64,000 nt of DNA, taken from positions 66,092,001 through 66,156,000 of the forward strand of contig NC_067404.1 of the NCBI RefSeq assembly GCF_016432865.1, read 5' to 3'. Both the position numbers and the translations under genes were made by a program. The notes under the pieces are model-generated. The model made no database searches. It had not been told where the DNA came from and worked only from the letters and a program-made list of their open reading frames with translations. The stretch's first letter is position 1. Each line of letters opens with the position of its first letter. The DNA comes from Antechinus flavipes. Taxonomy: Eukaryota. This document shows, piece by piece, positions 1 through 12,725 of the stretch.

Positions 1-789
1 TTCATATTTCCTTCCACTCCATACCTGTATGGACCCTAAATGTCTGGAATCTTAATTCACTTTATCCAGGTCTTCTAGGATCTGTACCCCTGGCCTCTCG
101 CTCCCCTCCCACATGTACAATGCACATTCTTATAGTTATCATCTCCTCCTTAACGACATCATAATTTTCTACTGTTCCCCTAAACCACGTTTATTCCCAA
201 TATTATAAAATCGTAAGATGAAAAATTAAAATACTTCCATGAATAACAAACCTTTCCTATCCAATCTTTCCATCCAGTATCTCATTAGCTCATTCTTGCC
301 TTCAGTGCCAATTAAGAAAAAAACGAAGCAGTCCATCTACTTAATTTTAACTTTCAGTCTAACATTTCTTCTTGAACATTTCTTAAACAATCCTTCATAG
401 ATTTGATATAAATAAGAAATCAGAACCCATTTGGGGTCCTGTTGAGATGAAGCTCCAAAGGTGCTATATTTTATATAGTACATGGTTGCAGACCAAAAAA
501 AAAAAATGGGCATCAGAGATTGTGCCTCTGGTTTGCTGTGTGATGAACTGGACCTTTACCACATACACACAAGCTTAGTAAGGAGTCATGATCAAGAAAA
601 AAGTTAAGGTGGACTATCTAATCAATTTTCCTTTATTCCCATGGGAGAATCTGCCTACTGCTGTAGTTTACTTGAATTCTAAAAAAAGAGCCAATGAAGT
701 CTACTCATCAGCAAGGTCCCTTTATTACAGAAAGCTTCACAGATATCACAAAAGAATCCAACACTTAAAAAGAGTGTGGCTTACTAGAT

Positions 790-935
790 AAACTTGAGCT
801 GGGTATCAAAAGAATAGGGTTGAAATCCCAACTGGATTCAATGAAAGGATTAGACAAAGTGACTTTCAATCCATTTTTCTATAAAATGGATATCCTAATA
901 TTTACATTTTGTACCTCACAAGGTTGTATTGAATA
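790..935 (+). mobile_element. MIR-family SINE, decayed
   Basis: CORE-like ttctataaaatggatatcctaata...tacctcacaaggttgt preceded by a tRNA-like head remnant. Confidence 0.65.
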
Positions 936-1274
936 GATTACATGATATTTTAAAGATTCTCGGAACCCTAAAATTTTCTATCAATTGGGATAGGAAGATC
1001 TTCCAGATGAAGAACTGCCTATATGAATTCACATAGCTGCGTCCTCTGCAAAGTCTTTTGAGAGATGCCCAGAAAAATGAGAGATTAAGACACCTGACCA
1101 GAATCACACAGTCAAGATGTGTAGTACTTGAACAGAGTATTTCATAAGCTACTATAATTAAAGACAATCAGTATTTCTTAGGAAAAAAAAAAAAAACCAT
1201 GTGCCTATCTCTGGGAAAGGTAAAACTAAATCATTCATTCTAATGGTATCTTTTTTCCTCTTGCAAGAAATCTC

Positions 1275-1362
1275 TTTATAAAAATTTAGTTTTAACATTC
1301 ATTTAAAAAAATTCTCTCCCTTCTCCCAACCCTTCCCTCACCCACTGAGAGGGCACGAGATA
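1275..1362 (-). mobile_element. Old L1 3' end fragment
   Basis: ttttaacattcatttaaaaaaattctctcccttctcccaacccttccctcacccactgag resembles a reverse-complemented marsupial L1 terminus. Confidence 0.5.
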
Positions 1363-1439
1363 TGAGAATGATAATTTTTCTTCTTAGTAGCTTTATCCAA
1401 ATATCATTATTATTTTAGGCCAGTAACTAAAATACATAC

Positions 1440-1574
1440 NNNNNNNNNNNNNNNNNNNNNNNNNNNNNNNNNNNNNNNNNNNNNNNNNNNNNNNNNNNNN
1501 NNNNNNNNNNNNNNNNNNNNNNNNNNNNNNNNNNNNNNNNNNNNNNNNNNNNNNNNNNNNNNNNNNNNNNNNNN
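1440..1574. other. Assembly gap (135 N)
   Basis: Run of N seen directly. Confidence 0.99.
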
Positions 1575-4264
1575 GTCTTCAGATTTATCCATCAATTTTT
1601 GCATATTAGTTCGACCTGCAAGTTACCACATTCCTTCCAAGAAGATTTTCTTCAGTCTTGTAAAGCAGTATAGCTTACCTTTTCATTGTGAGGGGATTAT
1701 TAGATCTAATAGTAAACATCAAAATACAAGGTCAAAGTTAAATACAAGACACACAAGGTAGTCCCATGTTCAAAATTACATTCAAAGGAAGGATTAGATT
1801 CCTTTAGGTCATGGTGGCCCTTAATTCCCTGCTACCTTTCTTCTCCCATTATATGGTAATGTAAGCAACATTCTCATAATATGTATTTCTTGCCCTAGAA
1901 GAATAACCCACATTAATAAGAAGACCTTCCTAACAGATGTTAGAAAGTTAATTGAAAGAGGGTAAGCACTAAAGTTAATTGAAGTAAAGAAAGTACAGTA
2001 GAGCAAGGTGAAGTCATCTTCACTTAAGGTTCATATTTAGTGGGCAGTCATCCTAACAACATGGCTAAAGGGAATAAAATTTGGGATGTCAGATTTAATG
2101 ATACAGAAAGTGGAGGGATCACATTAAAATGCAGTCCGGGTATCTAGTTGGAGACAGTTTATGAGCCCTGGGTTTTATTACTCACATTCTCCCATATGAT
2201 TGGATGCAGTATATTATAATGCAATTTTCAGATATTCACGGCAAGGTTGTGACACACTGGGATTTAGTCTCTACAAGCCAAGTCCCTTTGCACGTCATTT
2301 TTAGGCTTTTACAGATGATGTGAAACATAACCTTTTGTGCTGAAACCAGTCCAAAAGAGAGAAGCCTAGCTGGCTTTTGTAAAACGGGTTCATTATTCCC
2401 TGGCATTCATTACCAAAGCCTGAAAATATAAATTAAGCATATTCATTCAAAATCTAGTACTTTTTTTCATTTAGCTAATGTCAGCTACCTGAACATTTTT
2501 CAGACATCTTTTTCCCCTTCCTTTTTAAAAAACTAACATCCCCCTCCTTATTTGGGATACAGAGCCACAAAATCAATACAGCTGATTCATAATTGCAACA
2601 CTTTAACTCCTTCTCTTTTTAAAAATGATGGCCCAGTACTAATTAGCTCAGGCCCACTGTCAATCTATGGCCTTTACTGGTCATATTAAAAACTCCTTCT
2701 CCATTTTGGCATTAATTTCTTTAGCTCTTTTAGTAAAAAGTAAAGAAAGACAGGTCTGTTCTCACAGAAAGAAGCACTAGATTGAAGATTAATGAAAGAA
2801 GAGAATGCCAAATTTCATCTGGGTTGGATGGCAATATGGAGACTAGACAGGCTTTCCGTAATAACAATTTAATATATTTGCTGTTAGGATTTTGGAAATA
2901 CAGACTGTAGTAAACATCAGAAGGGACAGAGTCAGCCTCTCAATGTATAAAATGCCCAAATGAATAAATCACAACATATAAAGCATCATTCCACCACCAG
3001 GTCAATTTGCCATGCAGTGACAAGGCATCATGGTACACCGAAGGGAAATGGATGAGGAGCCTCTGAGCTAATTTCACATATTTGATGAAAATTAAAAATA
3101 ATATTTAGGCTACAGAGAGAGAGGGATTTTTGGTTTTGCCCATTTCTCACATATCACAAAATAAATGCATACAAATGTCAGTTAATAGCTAGAATCATGT
3201 ATATGTGCCATGAAGGGGAATTGGCTTTCTCAATTTTGTTAAAAGGGAAAAGCAGCACTTTGTAGCATAAAGCAAATCATGATTTTTCACTGTAGGCATG
3301 TTTCCTAATGAACCTGCTTTATGATTAATGGGAGAAAGAGGGTTTAAAGAAGTCAAAGTGGAAAAACTTCTTGATAGGAGAAATGAAAGAATGCAAAATT
3401 TCTAAGATTTGTGGTAGTAAATTCAACAAGAGAAGCTCTTTTTCTATAAGAGATCAGATAAGATAAGAGATCAGACCAAGAAATTTCAATGACATCATTA
3501 ACTTCTTTTCCCAAACATTACATCCACAAATAGGCTTCTTCTGTTCTTTCTCCTTTCCCCTAATCTCTGATACTTTTGATGAAGTATTTGAAAAGAGGAC
3601 CAGAAAAACTTTTTGGATTATGTTATAATAAACAGAACATTGAAAATCGATGGCAATGAAGCACAAAAGACATGTGAAGGATAAGTGAAGTAAGCCTTCC
3701 TGAGGAAAAGAAAAGGAAATCCTCCTTTTTTCCCTGTTTCCTTTTTTCACATGGAGCTAGGAAGCTAGCACTGATAGACTGCTTCTAATATGTTAGAAAA
3801 AAGTTTTCAAAAGCAAGCATATCCCAAGTGTAACCTGAGAAAGACAGAATTATAGTCAATAATAATTATATTTCCTCTCTAATAACTGACCTCCATTATA
3901 AGGAACTGATTGATTTATAAAATATAGCTGTAAGGTGTATAATGAGAAGGCCTACATAATAGTAGGGATTTGGTATATAGTGGGTAGAAGCCAATCCCCA
4001 ACAAGTAATTCAGTTGGACTCAATGAGAATTTTTAAGTACTTACTATATATGAGGCTCTGTGCTAGATGTGCTGTGATATAAAGATAAAAAAAGATGTGA
4101 CCTACACCCTTAAGAAGCAATATCTCTTGGGGTAGATGGAATTCATATACACATATTAAAAATAACCCAAGATTATAGTAGTGATAGCACCTTAGCAACA
4201 GAGTTATTACTGTACTATGGAAATTAAGAGAAGACTTCAAACTGGTGAATATTTAAAGAGAATA

Positions 4265-4800
4265 ATTTCAGTTCATGAATTATTCTTCTATCACTTGACT
4301 CTGTACCAGTTTACACCAGTTTCTCCATATCTTTCTGACTCCAGCATATTCTTCCTTTCTTATGAAGCAATAAAATTTTAGTATATTCCTACACCATAAT
4401 TTCTTCAGCTAATCTCTATTTGATGGTGACCTATTTTGTTTCTAGCTCTTTGGTATAAAATTTATTGCTACAGATATCCTTCAACATGTAGGTCTTCCCC
4501 ACTCTATTTTTGATTTGCTTAAGGTACTTGTCCAATACTAGCATTTCTGGGTCAGGGGGCATACACAGTTTAGTGACATTTTAAGTATAGATGCAAATGA
4601 CTTCGTATAATAGAATGGTTGAACCAATTCACAGCTCCAAGGGAGTTATAATGTATGTGTCTTTCTATAATCCCTTCAACAATTGCTATTATCAATTGCA
4701 CGAGTATGAGGCAGCTTACTTGAGTTTGTTTAATTTGTATTTCTCTTTCTGCCAAATTGAAACATTTGTATGTAGTTGTTTATGGCTAAAGTTTATTCTT
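4265..4800 (-). mobile_element. Old L1 ORF2 C-terminal fragment
   Basis: Reverse-strand L1 hallmarks such as gggtcagggggcatacacagttt and gaatggttgaaccaattcacagctcc; many stops. Confidence 0.75.
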
Positions 4801-4934
4801 AAAGTCAATTACTGAAAAAAATGTAAATTTATAAAAATTTACCTTTTTTCCAAAAAGAGATAGATTTAATATGAGAAGGAAGGCCTATATAATATGTAGT
4901 GTGGCTGTACATACTGAGAAGATGCAAATCCCTA

Positions 4935-5790
4935 GGATTTTTGGGGAAAACAACTTAAAAAAATCAACAAATTAACAAAAAACCTAGAAAATCTGAAATT
5001 AAAAAGTGTTTTACTCAAAAAGGAAAACTCAAAAATATTGAGAAGACAGAGGGAAAAAAAGCTAAGGGCTGGTTTCTGAAAAAGGAGAAATAAAGTGGTT
5101 AAATCATTAGACAAGAAAACTACATTACCAGAAAAAAATGGAAATAGAGAATTCATAATTATAACATCCAACTATATGGAAAGAAATTTCAAAATTTAAA
5201 ATAAAATGGATATTTTAAAAATATAAAATAGCGAGATAAACAGAAAAAGAAATCATTAATCTATGTAACCCAGTCTCAGAAACTAAAATTGAACAAGTCT
5301 TAAATGATCTTTGAAAAGAAAATGTTCTGGTTCTAGATGGACTTTATACTATCATAATTTAAAAAAAATTGCATAGCTCTAATGCATTTTTCGTGGAGTT
5401 GTGAAATGATCCAGACATTCTGGAGAACAATTTAGAACTATGCCCAGAGTGCTTTCAACTAGGCATACCCTTTGGCCCAGCAGTGCCACTACTGGGTCTG
5501 TATTCCAAGGAAATCATAAAGAAGGAAAAGAACCCACATGTGCAAAGATGTTTGTAGCAGCTCTTTTTGTGATGGCAATGATTTGGAAATGAGTAGATGC
5601 CCATCAATTTGAGGAGTAGATTAAATTATAGTATATGAAGGTAATGGAATATTATTCTTCCATAAAAATGATAAACAAGCTAATTTTAGAAAAGCCTAGA
5701 AATATTTACATGAACTGATGGTGGGTGAAACATGCAGAAGTAGGAATACATTGTATACAGTCACAGCAAGGTTGTATGATGGTCAACTAA
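4935..5790 (+). mobile_element. Old L1 ORF2 fragments (linker region joined to C-terminus)
   Basis: gaaattgaacaagtcttaaatgatc-like linker, then ccattctggagaacaatt / cccagcagtgccactactgggtct-like C-terminus ending at gtatgatggtcaacta. Confidence 0.75.
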
Positions 5791-6773
5791 AGAATGTGTA
5801 TTTAAAAAGTTAATATACACATATAACCAGAAAAAATTTTTTAAAAAAATCACATCTAAGTAAATTGGTTTAAGATTTACTTGAAAGTGATAACCCTAAA
5901 ATATCTCATAGATACCAAAAAAAACCCTAAAAAACAGTCTTAGATAAAAAACCCAGATTTTAATGCAAATATTCAAGGAAACTTTTAAGTTTCTAAAATA
6001 AACATGTCAATACCGACTTTCCCAAAAGCCAAACCAGCCCAATAAATCAGGGACAACATGATCACCTCTCAATTTATTCAGACCTGTTAAAGAAAATTAC
6101 TAGTTTCATTTTCTTCAAGTTTTTTTGTTTGCACTTGTATTCATTGCTAACAGTTTAGTGTTCATCTTTAATCAGATAGGTGGTGAATTTGCCAGAATTA
6201 TCCTAATCATCTTACATTAAATCGTCTTTAAAGAAAAGATATATATATATAGTGCATGCTACAGAAAGAAAGAAATGGATCCTTTTTCTAGCTTTTGTGC
6301 ATCACGAGATGTTCCTGAAATTATGTCTTTGTTAATTTTACCAAAGCATTAGGGCTTTTTCCTTTCCAACTTAACCTATTTAGTATTTAAGCTATTTGGT
6401 GTTTTCTATGTTGATTGATACCTTTTTTTTCCCTTAAGGTTCTTGAACTAGAGCTAATATTAATGGCAAAGATGACACAAAAAGTAAAATGAGAAATGGT
6501 TAAGGGACTGCTTGAAAATGGACATGTGATCCATGACCCAGAAATACCACCACTGTTTTTAGTTGTGCCAGTTATGTCTAAATCCTTGTGATCACCATTT
6601 GCGGTTCTCTTGGCAAAGATTCTCTCTTATTCCAGAAGCCCAGTAATGAAACATGCTACCCACCTCTCACAGACAAAGGACGAATTCCAGGTTCAGAAAT
6701 CAGACATCATCATTGTGGAATTTTGCTAGATTATGTCTATTTAATAAAAAGGTCTGGTTTTTCTCCTTTATTT

Positions 6774-6807
6774 GAGAGATAGAGACAGAGACAGAGACAG
6801 ACAGACA
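6774..6807. repeat. Compound (GA)/(GACA) microsatellite
   Basis: gagagatagagacagagacagagacagacagaca seen directly. Confidence 0.8.
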
Positions 6808-6944
6808 ATGAATGTGTTGAAGGTGAGAGGAAAAAAGCAAGTAAAGATAACTGCACCATTTTTAAATGCATAGAAAACAAGAGAAGTTATTTCAATAGAA
6901 AAATATATATATATATAATAGGAAAAGCTTGAAAATGATATGTT

Positions 6945-7090
6945 GATTTTATCATGTACTCAAAGGGAGAAGCAAACTGCATGATACATATTCCACAGTT
7001 TCATGTGAAATTCTCTTTTTTTTCTCTTTGTGTACAAATGCTCATTTTTAGTGTGTGTATGGTTTAAAAGAAAAATATACAATAAAAAAT
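6945..7090 (+). mobile_element. Old L1 3' UTR end
   Basis: aaagggagaagcaaactg...cagtttcatgtgaaattctc...aataaaaaatttt resembles old marsupial L1 termini. Confidence 0.5.
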
Positions 7091-7424
7091 TTTAAAGTAC
7101 AATTTAATAGGTCAGGGGGGAAATTTTGAATATTAAAGATAACCCAAAGAAACATTCAGTCTTGAGAAAAAGAACAAAATAAAGAAGTAGAAATATTTGG
7201 AAATACTATTCATGGTTGGGCAGTACCCATATAATAAAAATGAAAATATGATCTAAAATAATTTCCAGATTTAAAACCATTTTAAACTACCAGTTGATTA
7301 TTTTAGCAAATTAGACAAAAACAATAACAAAATGAATCTGAAGGAACAAGGAGGACAAGAGTATCAGAGGAAATAATAAGGAAATAAGACTCCAGCATGA
7401 TTAACAGTCCTATGCCATACAGGA

Positions 7425-7610
7425 TAAGACATTTAGAGCTAGAGCATGATTAGGGGCCACCTAGTATAACATGTTTATTTTTACATATCAGGATTCTGAT
7501 GTATAGAGAGGTAAAAGGACTTCCCCAAAATCAAAGGGTCTATATCTAAGGCAGCCTTTGATCTTCCTTACTCTAAGTCCAGGGCCTTAGCAACCATACT
7601 ATGCTGTCTC
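7425..7610 (-). mobile_element. MIR-family SINE nested in L1
   Basis: agagaggtaaaaggacttcccc...tccttactctaagtccagggcc...catactatgctgtctcc. Confidence 0.6.
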
Positions 7611-7851
7611 CCCATCAGTGTTCTAGAAGAGTGATCATCAAAATCATTTGACACAAATTAAAAAAAAAAAGAAAAGTTGAGCAACAGAACAGGTTAGATA
7701 AGTGAATCCCTCAATAGACACAATGATTTAGCATTCACTGAATCAGGTAACATAAATGACCTAAGTAAGGACTCTCTTATCCTGGCACATGTTTTGCCAG
7801 AAGTTAGGATTAGCTCACCAGTTCACATTCAATGCCAAAACTAATTCCAAA

Positions 7852-7999
7852 TGTATGATGGCCAACTAAAGAATGAGTATTTAAAAAGCTAGAGACTGTG
7901 TCTGCTGTACAAGCACCAGCCTAGCTATGTACCAAGAATCTCGGCACTAAAGACCTGGGTACCAGAGGATGATTTCTGTCTTTTCTTTTGTATAGTTAA
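7852..7999 (+). repeat. Composite locally templated insertion (copies of 5773-5809 and 9431-9540)
   Basis: 7852-7888 matches 5773-5809 at 35/37; 7888-7989 matches 9431-9530 with 5 transitions and one 2-bp indel. Confidence 0.88.
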
Positions 8000-8406
8000 C
8001 CTAAATATATCAGGTAAAATTATTTATAACATTAGAGGATAATATATAAGCAGGTACTTTATATAAGCATATGTATGGAAGAATTTTTAACCAACCAAAT
8101 GATGGTAGTGATCATAAGAGATAAAACAAAATTTGATTAAGTAAAAAGCTTTTACATGAACAAAATTGATGTGGTGAAAAAAAGAAGTTCAGGGGAAAAA
8201 ATTTCTCAAATATCTGATAAGTGTCAGATATCCGAGGTGTGTAGCAAAGTAATCACTGATTTTGTTGTTATTTACCCTTAGTTTTCACTGATGATCATGA
8301 CATGAAGGAAGTAATACATTATTTGTGGCAATAAAACCCCAAGTGGGATCAGGAAAGAGCCTAACTTGATGTAACAATGCAAAACAGAACTGACAGAATT
8401 CTACCA

Positions 8407-8482
8407 TACAGGGTATCCCGTAAGTCTGTTTTAAGTTATTAAAGATTCATCTTAAAAGGATACTAAGGTTTTGGGGACACTA
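8407..8482. mobile_element. Short Tc1/mariner-type MITE remnant
   Basis: tacagggtatccc...ttttaagttattaaag...tactaaggttttggggacac has degenerate inverted ends like the short palindromic marsupial mariner MITE (from memory). Confidence 0.5.
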
Positions 8483-9430
8483 TTTAAGAGCATGAATCTT
8501 AGTGCATAAATAGTGAAAGAAAATGAGCAAGAAGTAAAGCAAATTATCACAATACGAATGTTCCAAATTATGAAGAGAAATACAAAATAAAACAATACTT
8601 GATTTTGGCTCCATTCTCATTAAATACACAAAAATCATCAAAGACGAGTACTAATGGACTCTACATAGAACTGTGAATTGGTCCAACTATTCTGGTACAT
8701 AATCTGGAATGATTTTTTAAAAGTCACTAAATTATAAATACCATTTGACCTAGTTACAGCACTATTAGGTATACAAAAAGATGTAAGGAAAGGTCTCACA
8801 TAATCTGAATGAATTATAGAGGCAAGTTTTTTTTTTTTTCCTGGCAAAGAAATGAAAACAAACAGCACGAATTTACTAACCCACTGACTGGGAAATGACT
8901 GACCACTCCATGATAAATGAATATAATATATTATTGGAGCAAAAGAAATACAGAATATGAGCAACATAAGAAAACTTTGGTTGACTGGTATAAACCAATG
9001 CAGAGTCTAAGAAAGAGAATCAAAATGATTTATTTAATGATTACGTTGTTATAAAAGAAAAAAAAAACAATGAAGGACCTTAAAACTGAGACCAAAAAAT
9101 GACCAATCTCAAATTCAATGGACTAATGGTAAGATTCTAAGCTTTCCCTGATCTGAGAGCTGGAGACTAGAGGTGAAAAATGAAGCATCCATTGTCAGAC
9201 ATTCTCAATGTGTTGATTTGTTTTTGCTTAATTTTAAATGCCAAAAAGTCCATCTGAATATTAGACATTTTAAAGCATAATGTTGACTTTGCTACTTAGT
9301 ATTACCCACTAAAGTCCATTTCAGGCAGCTTGCTCTAAAAAGTTGTTGACCCTGGGCTCTTACAGATCGTGGGAGAAAAGTATTAGTCCCAGCACTTCCT
9401 ACCATGCTAAAGGGATTGAAGTATGGACCT

Positions 9431-9530
9431 GCTAGAGACTGTCTGCTGTACAAGCACCAGCCTAGCTATGTACCAAGAGTCTCGGCACTAGAGACTTGGG
9501 CACCAGAGGACGATTTCTGTCTTTTCTTTT
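9431..9530 (+). repeat. Probable source copy of the 100-bp duplicated segment
   Basis: About 95% identical to 7888-7989; lies in non-repeat context. Confidence 0.88.
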
Positions 9531-9729
9531 ATATGTTAAAACATAAAGCAAAACATTCGCTTCTCCCAACCTTTCTAGTTCATAAAATATTCAGAATATG
9601 AATTATATAAAATAATTGTCAAATACTTTGAAAATAATATGGCAGAGGCCAGTATGGCCCTCAAGTCAGACTGGAAATGAAGATTTAGGGAACGGCGTCC
9701 TAGGACAACATGAAGATGAAAATAGAGCA

Positions 9730-9975
9730 TAAAATGTTGTGCTAGGGCCATACAGTGGATAGGGTACTGCAGTCCCAAATTCAAACTCTGCCTCAGACAC
9801 TAGCTTTGTCATTCTGGGCAAAGCATTTAACCTCTTTTTGTCTAAGTTTGGTCGTATGTAAAAAGAGGATAATAACAGCACCTACCTTGAAGAGTTTGTT
9901 GTGAAGATCGAAAAAGATGCCATGTAAAGGGCTTTGCAAATCTTTAAGTGCTATATTACTGCTAGTTTTTATTGT
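9730..9975 (+). mobile_element. MIR SINE
   Basis: ctgggcaaagcatttaacctc...gtaaaaagaggataataacagcacctacc...ttgtgaagatc...gctttgcaaatctttaagtgctat. Confidence 0.85.
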
Positions 9976-10784
9976 TAATATTATTATTTAGAGGAGGTAG
10001 GTTTGAGTTCCAGCTCTTAATGCCTATGATCTGGTACAAATCATATAATCTTGATCTCTTCGTCTGTAAAGTGGGCTTATTAGTATTAATATCATTACTA
10101 TCAATAATGTTAACCACAAGAATTGCTCTACCTAACTAACAGGGTAGTGGGAGGAAAGGGCTGGATGATGTCATTTATCACATTTAATATAAAACATAAA
10201 AATGATCATTTGAGAAGCTTGGGCTTATCAAGAACCCATGGAAATGCAGTCCCTGGCCTCGGATCATGCAGATTAAGTTTAAGTTTCAAGAAGCTTTGGT
10301 TAAAAGTCCATCAATTTTTAATATCTTTTCTTCACTTGTATATGTCTATTTTCTCTAATTCCCCCATCTCTTATTAACATTTATAGATTTCAAGGGAGTA
10401 TCTGTTGGCTTTATCTTTACTCTGCAAGTTTAAACTAAAACAGAGTATTTCTGTTAGAGCTCCTAACTATTTTTGTCCATGTCTCAGTTGGATTTTTCTT
10501 ACCTCTTCAATAACAGTTTAGTCTTTCATAAAATTAGAGAGGTTGTTTTGACCACTGTCTTCCATGGGACATCCCAGGCTTCTTCAATGCTTAGAGGTGA
10601 TAATTGGCCTTTGAGGACTTTGTCATCTAAGCTGGATTTGATGGCTCATGGCCACTGTGGTGATTTTTGTATTATTTTTATCATTTTACAAACTGACTCA
10701 AAACAAATCGGATGCTAAAGTGGTCACTTCCTTATGGGATGTGACAATTATCCTCAAAATCACTAAGGAGGCATAGCAAAGAAG

Positions 10785-10945
10785 AAAACAAGCATTTATT
10801 AAGTGCCTGCAATGGCCAGACACTGTGTTAAATACATTATAAATATGATTTCCTCTAATCCTTAAAATGACCATGGAAGGTAGGTGTCTTTATCACTACT
10901 TAACAGTGGAAGAAACTGAGTCAGAAACAGAGGCCTAGTGATGAA
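10785..10945 (-). mobile_element. MIR SINE
   Basis: catttattaagtgcc...aatccttaaaatgaccatggaaggtagg...gaagaaactgag. Confidence 0.75.
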
Positions 10946-11079
10946 AACACTTTGCTTCAGTTGGGTAGCCTAAATGTAACTGAATCATCATCCCTATCTC
11001 AGGGTTTGCACAGAATGGATTAAAGAATTCATCAGAATAAATGCTCTGAGGGAGGGACAATTAGTTTCAGGCTGACATA

Positions 11080-11240
11080 GGAAGCTGTTGTTGAAATACT
11101 GGATCTAGAGTCGGAGGAACAGAGTTAAAAGCTTTGCTCTCCCACTTAGCACCTTAGACAAATCACTTTATCTCTTCAATTTCCTCATTTGGCTTTGAAT
11201 AGGGTGGCTTTTAAGGAACCTTCCAACTCTAAATCGAGTC
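11080..11240 (+). mobile_element. MIR3-type SINE
   Basis: ctggatctagagtcggagg...acaaatcacttt...ttcctcatt...aaggaaccttccaactctaaat. Confidence 0.7.
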
Positions 11241-11754
11241 CTGCTGAGGATAACAACATTTTGGCTACCTGCAGCACAACTATTTTTTCCCCTAAGAAGA
11301 TGAATGTTAGATGGATGCATGTTGGAGGAATGCACTGTGGAAAGTAGAAAGCAAACAATAAGATGAGAAATTTGATATGGCTTCTCAGTTGAATCAAAAT
11401 CTTCCTTATGCTACTGGACAGGCATAGCTCAACTGCTACCTTCAGGCTTCCAGTCCAATAATATCAAACTCAAATCGAAACAGAGGCCACTAACCCCTAC
11501 AAAGAGATTCTTGTGGCTGCAGAGAAGACTTAGTTTTAAAATGCAGTGTCACTGAGATCTAGGTGTATTTTTCTTCTTTTTAGCTTTATTTTTCTTGTTA
11601 AGTATTTCCTACCGACATTTTAATCTGGGCTGACTATACTTGCAAGTGATGTGGGCATGTGCCCTACCAGTTGTATGTTTGACAACACTGTTCTAAAGAC
11701 TCTGAAAGACTTTGGCAAGGGAGGCCAAGAGGCCAGGATTCTCAGTATGCGTTT

Positions 11755-12005
11755 TGTTTTTGTCGAGTCATTTTGGTCGTGTGGGACACTTTGTGATCCC
11801 ATGTGAAGTTTTCTTGGCAGAGGTACTGAAGTGGTTTGCCATTTCCTAATCTAGTTCATTTTACAGGTGAAGAAACTGAGGCACACAGTGGTAAGTAATC
11901 TGCCCAGGGTCACATAGCTAGAAAGTATTTGAAGTAAAGTTTGACCTCAGATCTTCTTGACTCTCTACCCAACGCTCTATCCACTGCAGTGCTACCTAGC
12001 TGCTC
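11755..12005 (-). mobile_element. MAR1-type marsupial CORE-SINE
   Basis: ttttcttggcagaggtactgaagtggtttgccatttcc...gaaactgaggca...cccagggtcacatagcta...ctctatccactg...cctagctgc. Confidence 0.88.
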
Positions 12006-12427
12006 TTCCCAATATGTAAATTGAATCTGAAAAGCTTAAGGAAATGAGGGAACATGGTCTGGATAAGAGGCAAAAGACCCTGAGAAAGGCAGTGTTAACA
12101 TAAATAAGGTTCCGTCTAATAGAATCCCTGGACTCAAGCCCATCTTTTGCCCACCTCTGATTCCCTTCCATTTGTCCATGTCCAGCTTGAAAGCCTTTCT
12201 CTTTGGGGCAAAGGGAGGGAGTGGGATTAAAGCTATTTAATACAGAGCTCATCATAGTAGATCCCAGTTAATGAATGAATTCAAATCACTTGCATATGTG
12301 CACATTTAAGAAGTTTCCTCCCCTTTATAAGGAAGATGTATTTATTAAACAACGATTATGTCCAATGTGCTGTGCCAGGGTCTGACCCCAGTGGAGAAGG
12401 ACTGAACCTGGGATTTTATCAATGTAG

Positions 12428-12725
12428 GTGATTCCTGGAAAAAGAATCTCTCTCTTCCAACACAAGTCAGCAGCTCTCCTGAGACTTAAGAGTTGGAGAG
12501 AGCTGCCAAATGAGGAAAGACCAACAAAGTTGACATTCAGAACATTATTGAGAAGTCTCGAGAATCTTTTCAGTACATTTGGTAAGGGGGACTTGGAGCC
12601 AGGTTTTCCTGATTCTAAGGTCAGTTCTCCATCTATATTCCCCAAGGCTGCCCTTCTTCTGCAGCTGCTGTCCAAAAATGATAAAAGCTTCTGTTCTACT
12701 CCAAGGGGAAACAATATGTACATAG
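12428..12725 (+). CDS. Candidate exon, no recognised homology
   Basis: AG at 12426-27, 99 open codons, strong donor G|gtaagt; alternative donor TTG|gtaagg near 12581; translation not recognised. Confidence 0.15.

Larger units (their letters stand above)
7100..9240 (+). mobile_element. Old, heavily interrupted L1 ORF2 3' half
   Basis: tattcatggttgggc, aaaagcttttacatgaacaaaat and ccatttgacctagttacagcactattaggtata occur in L1 order; interrupted by a MIR, a MITE and a templated insert. Confidence 0.7.

Noticed and set aside
5809-9431. Idea that the 7852 insert is a reverse-transcribed spliced RNA with 5809-9430 as intron
   Set aside because: The interval can start GT but ends CT or TG, not AG, and the minus strand fails too.
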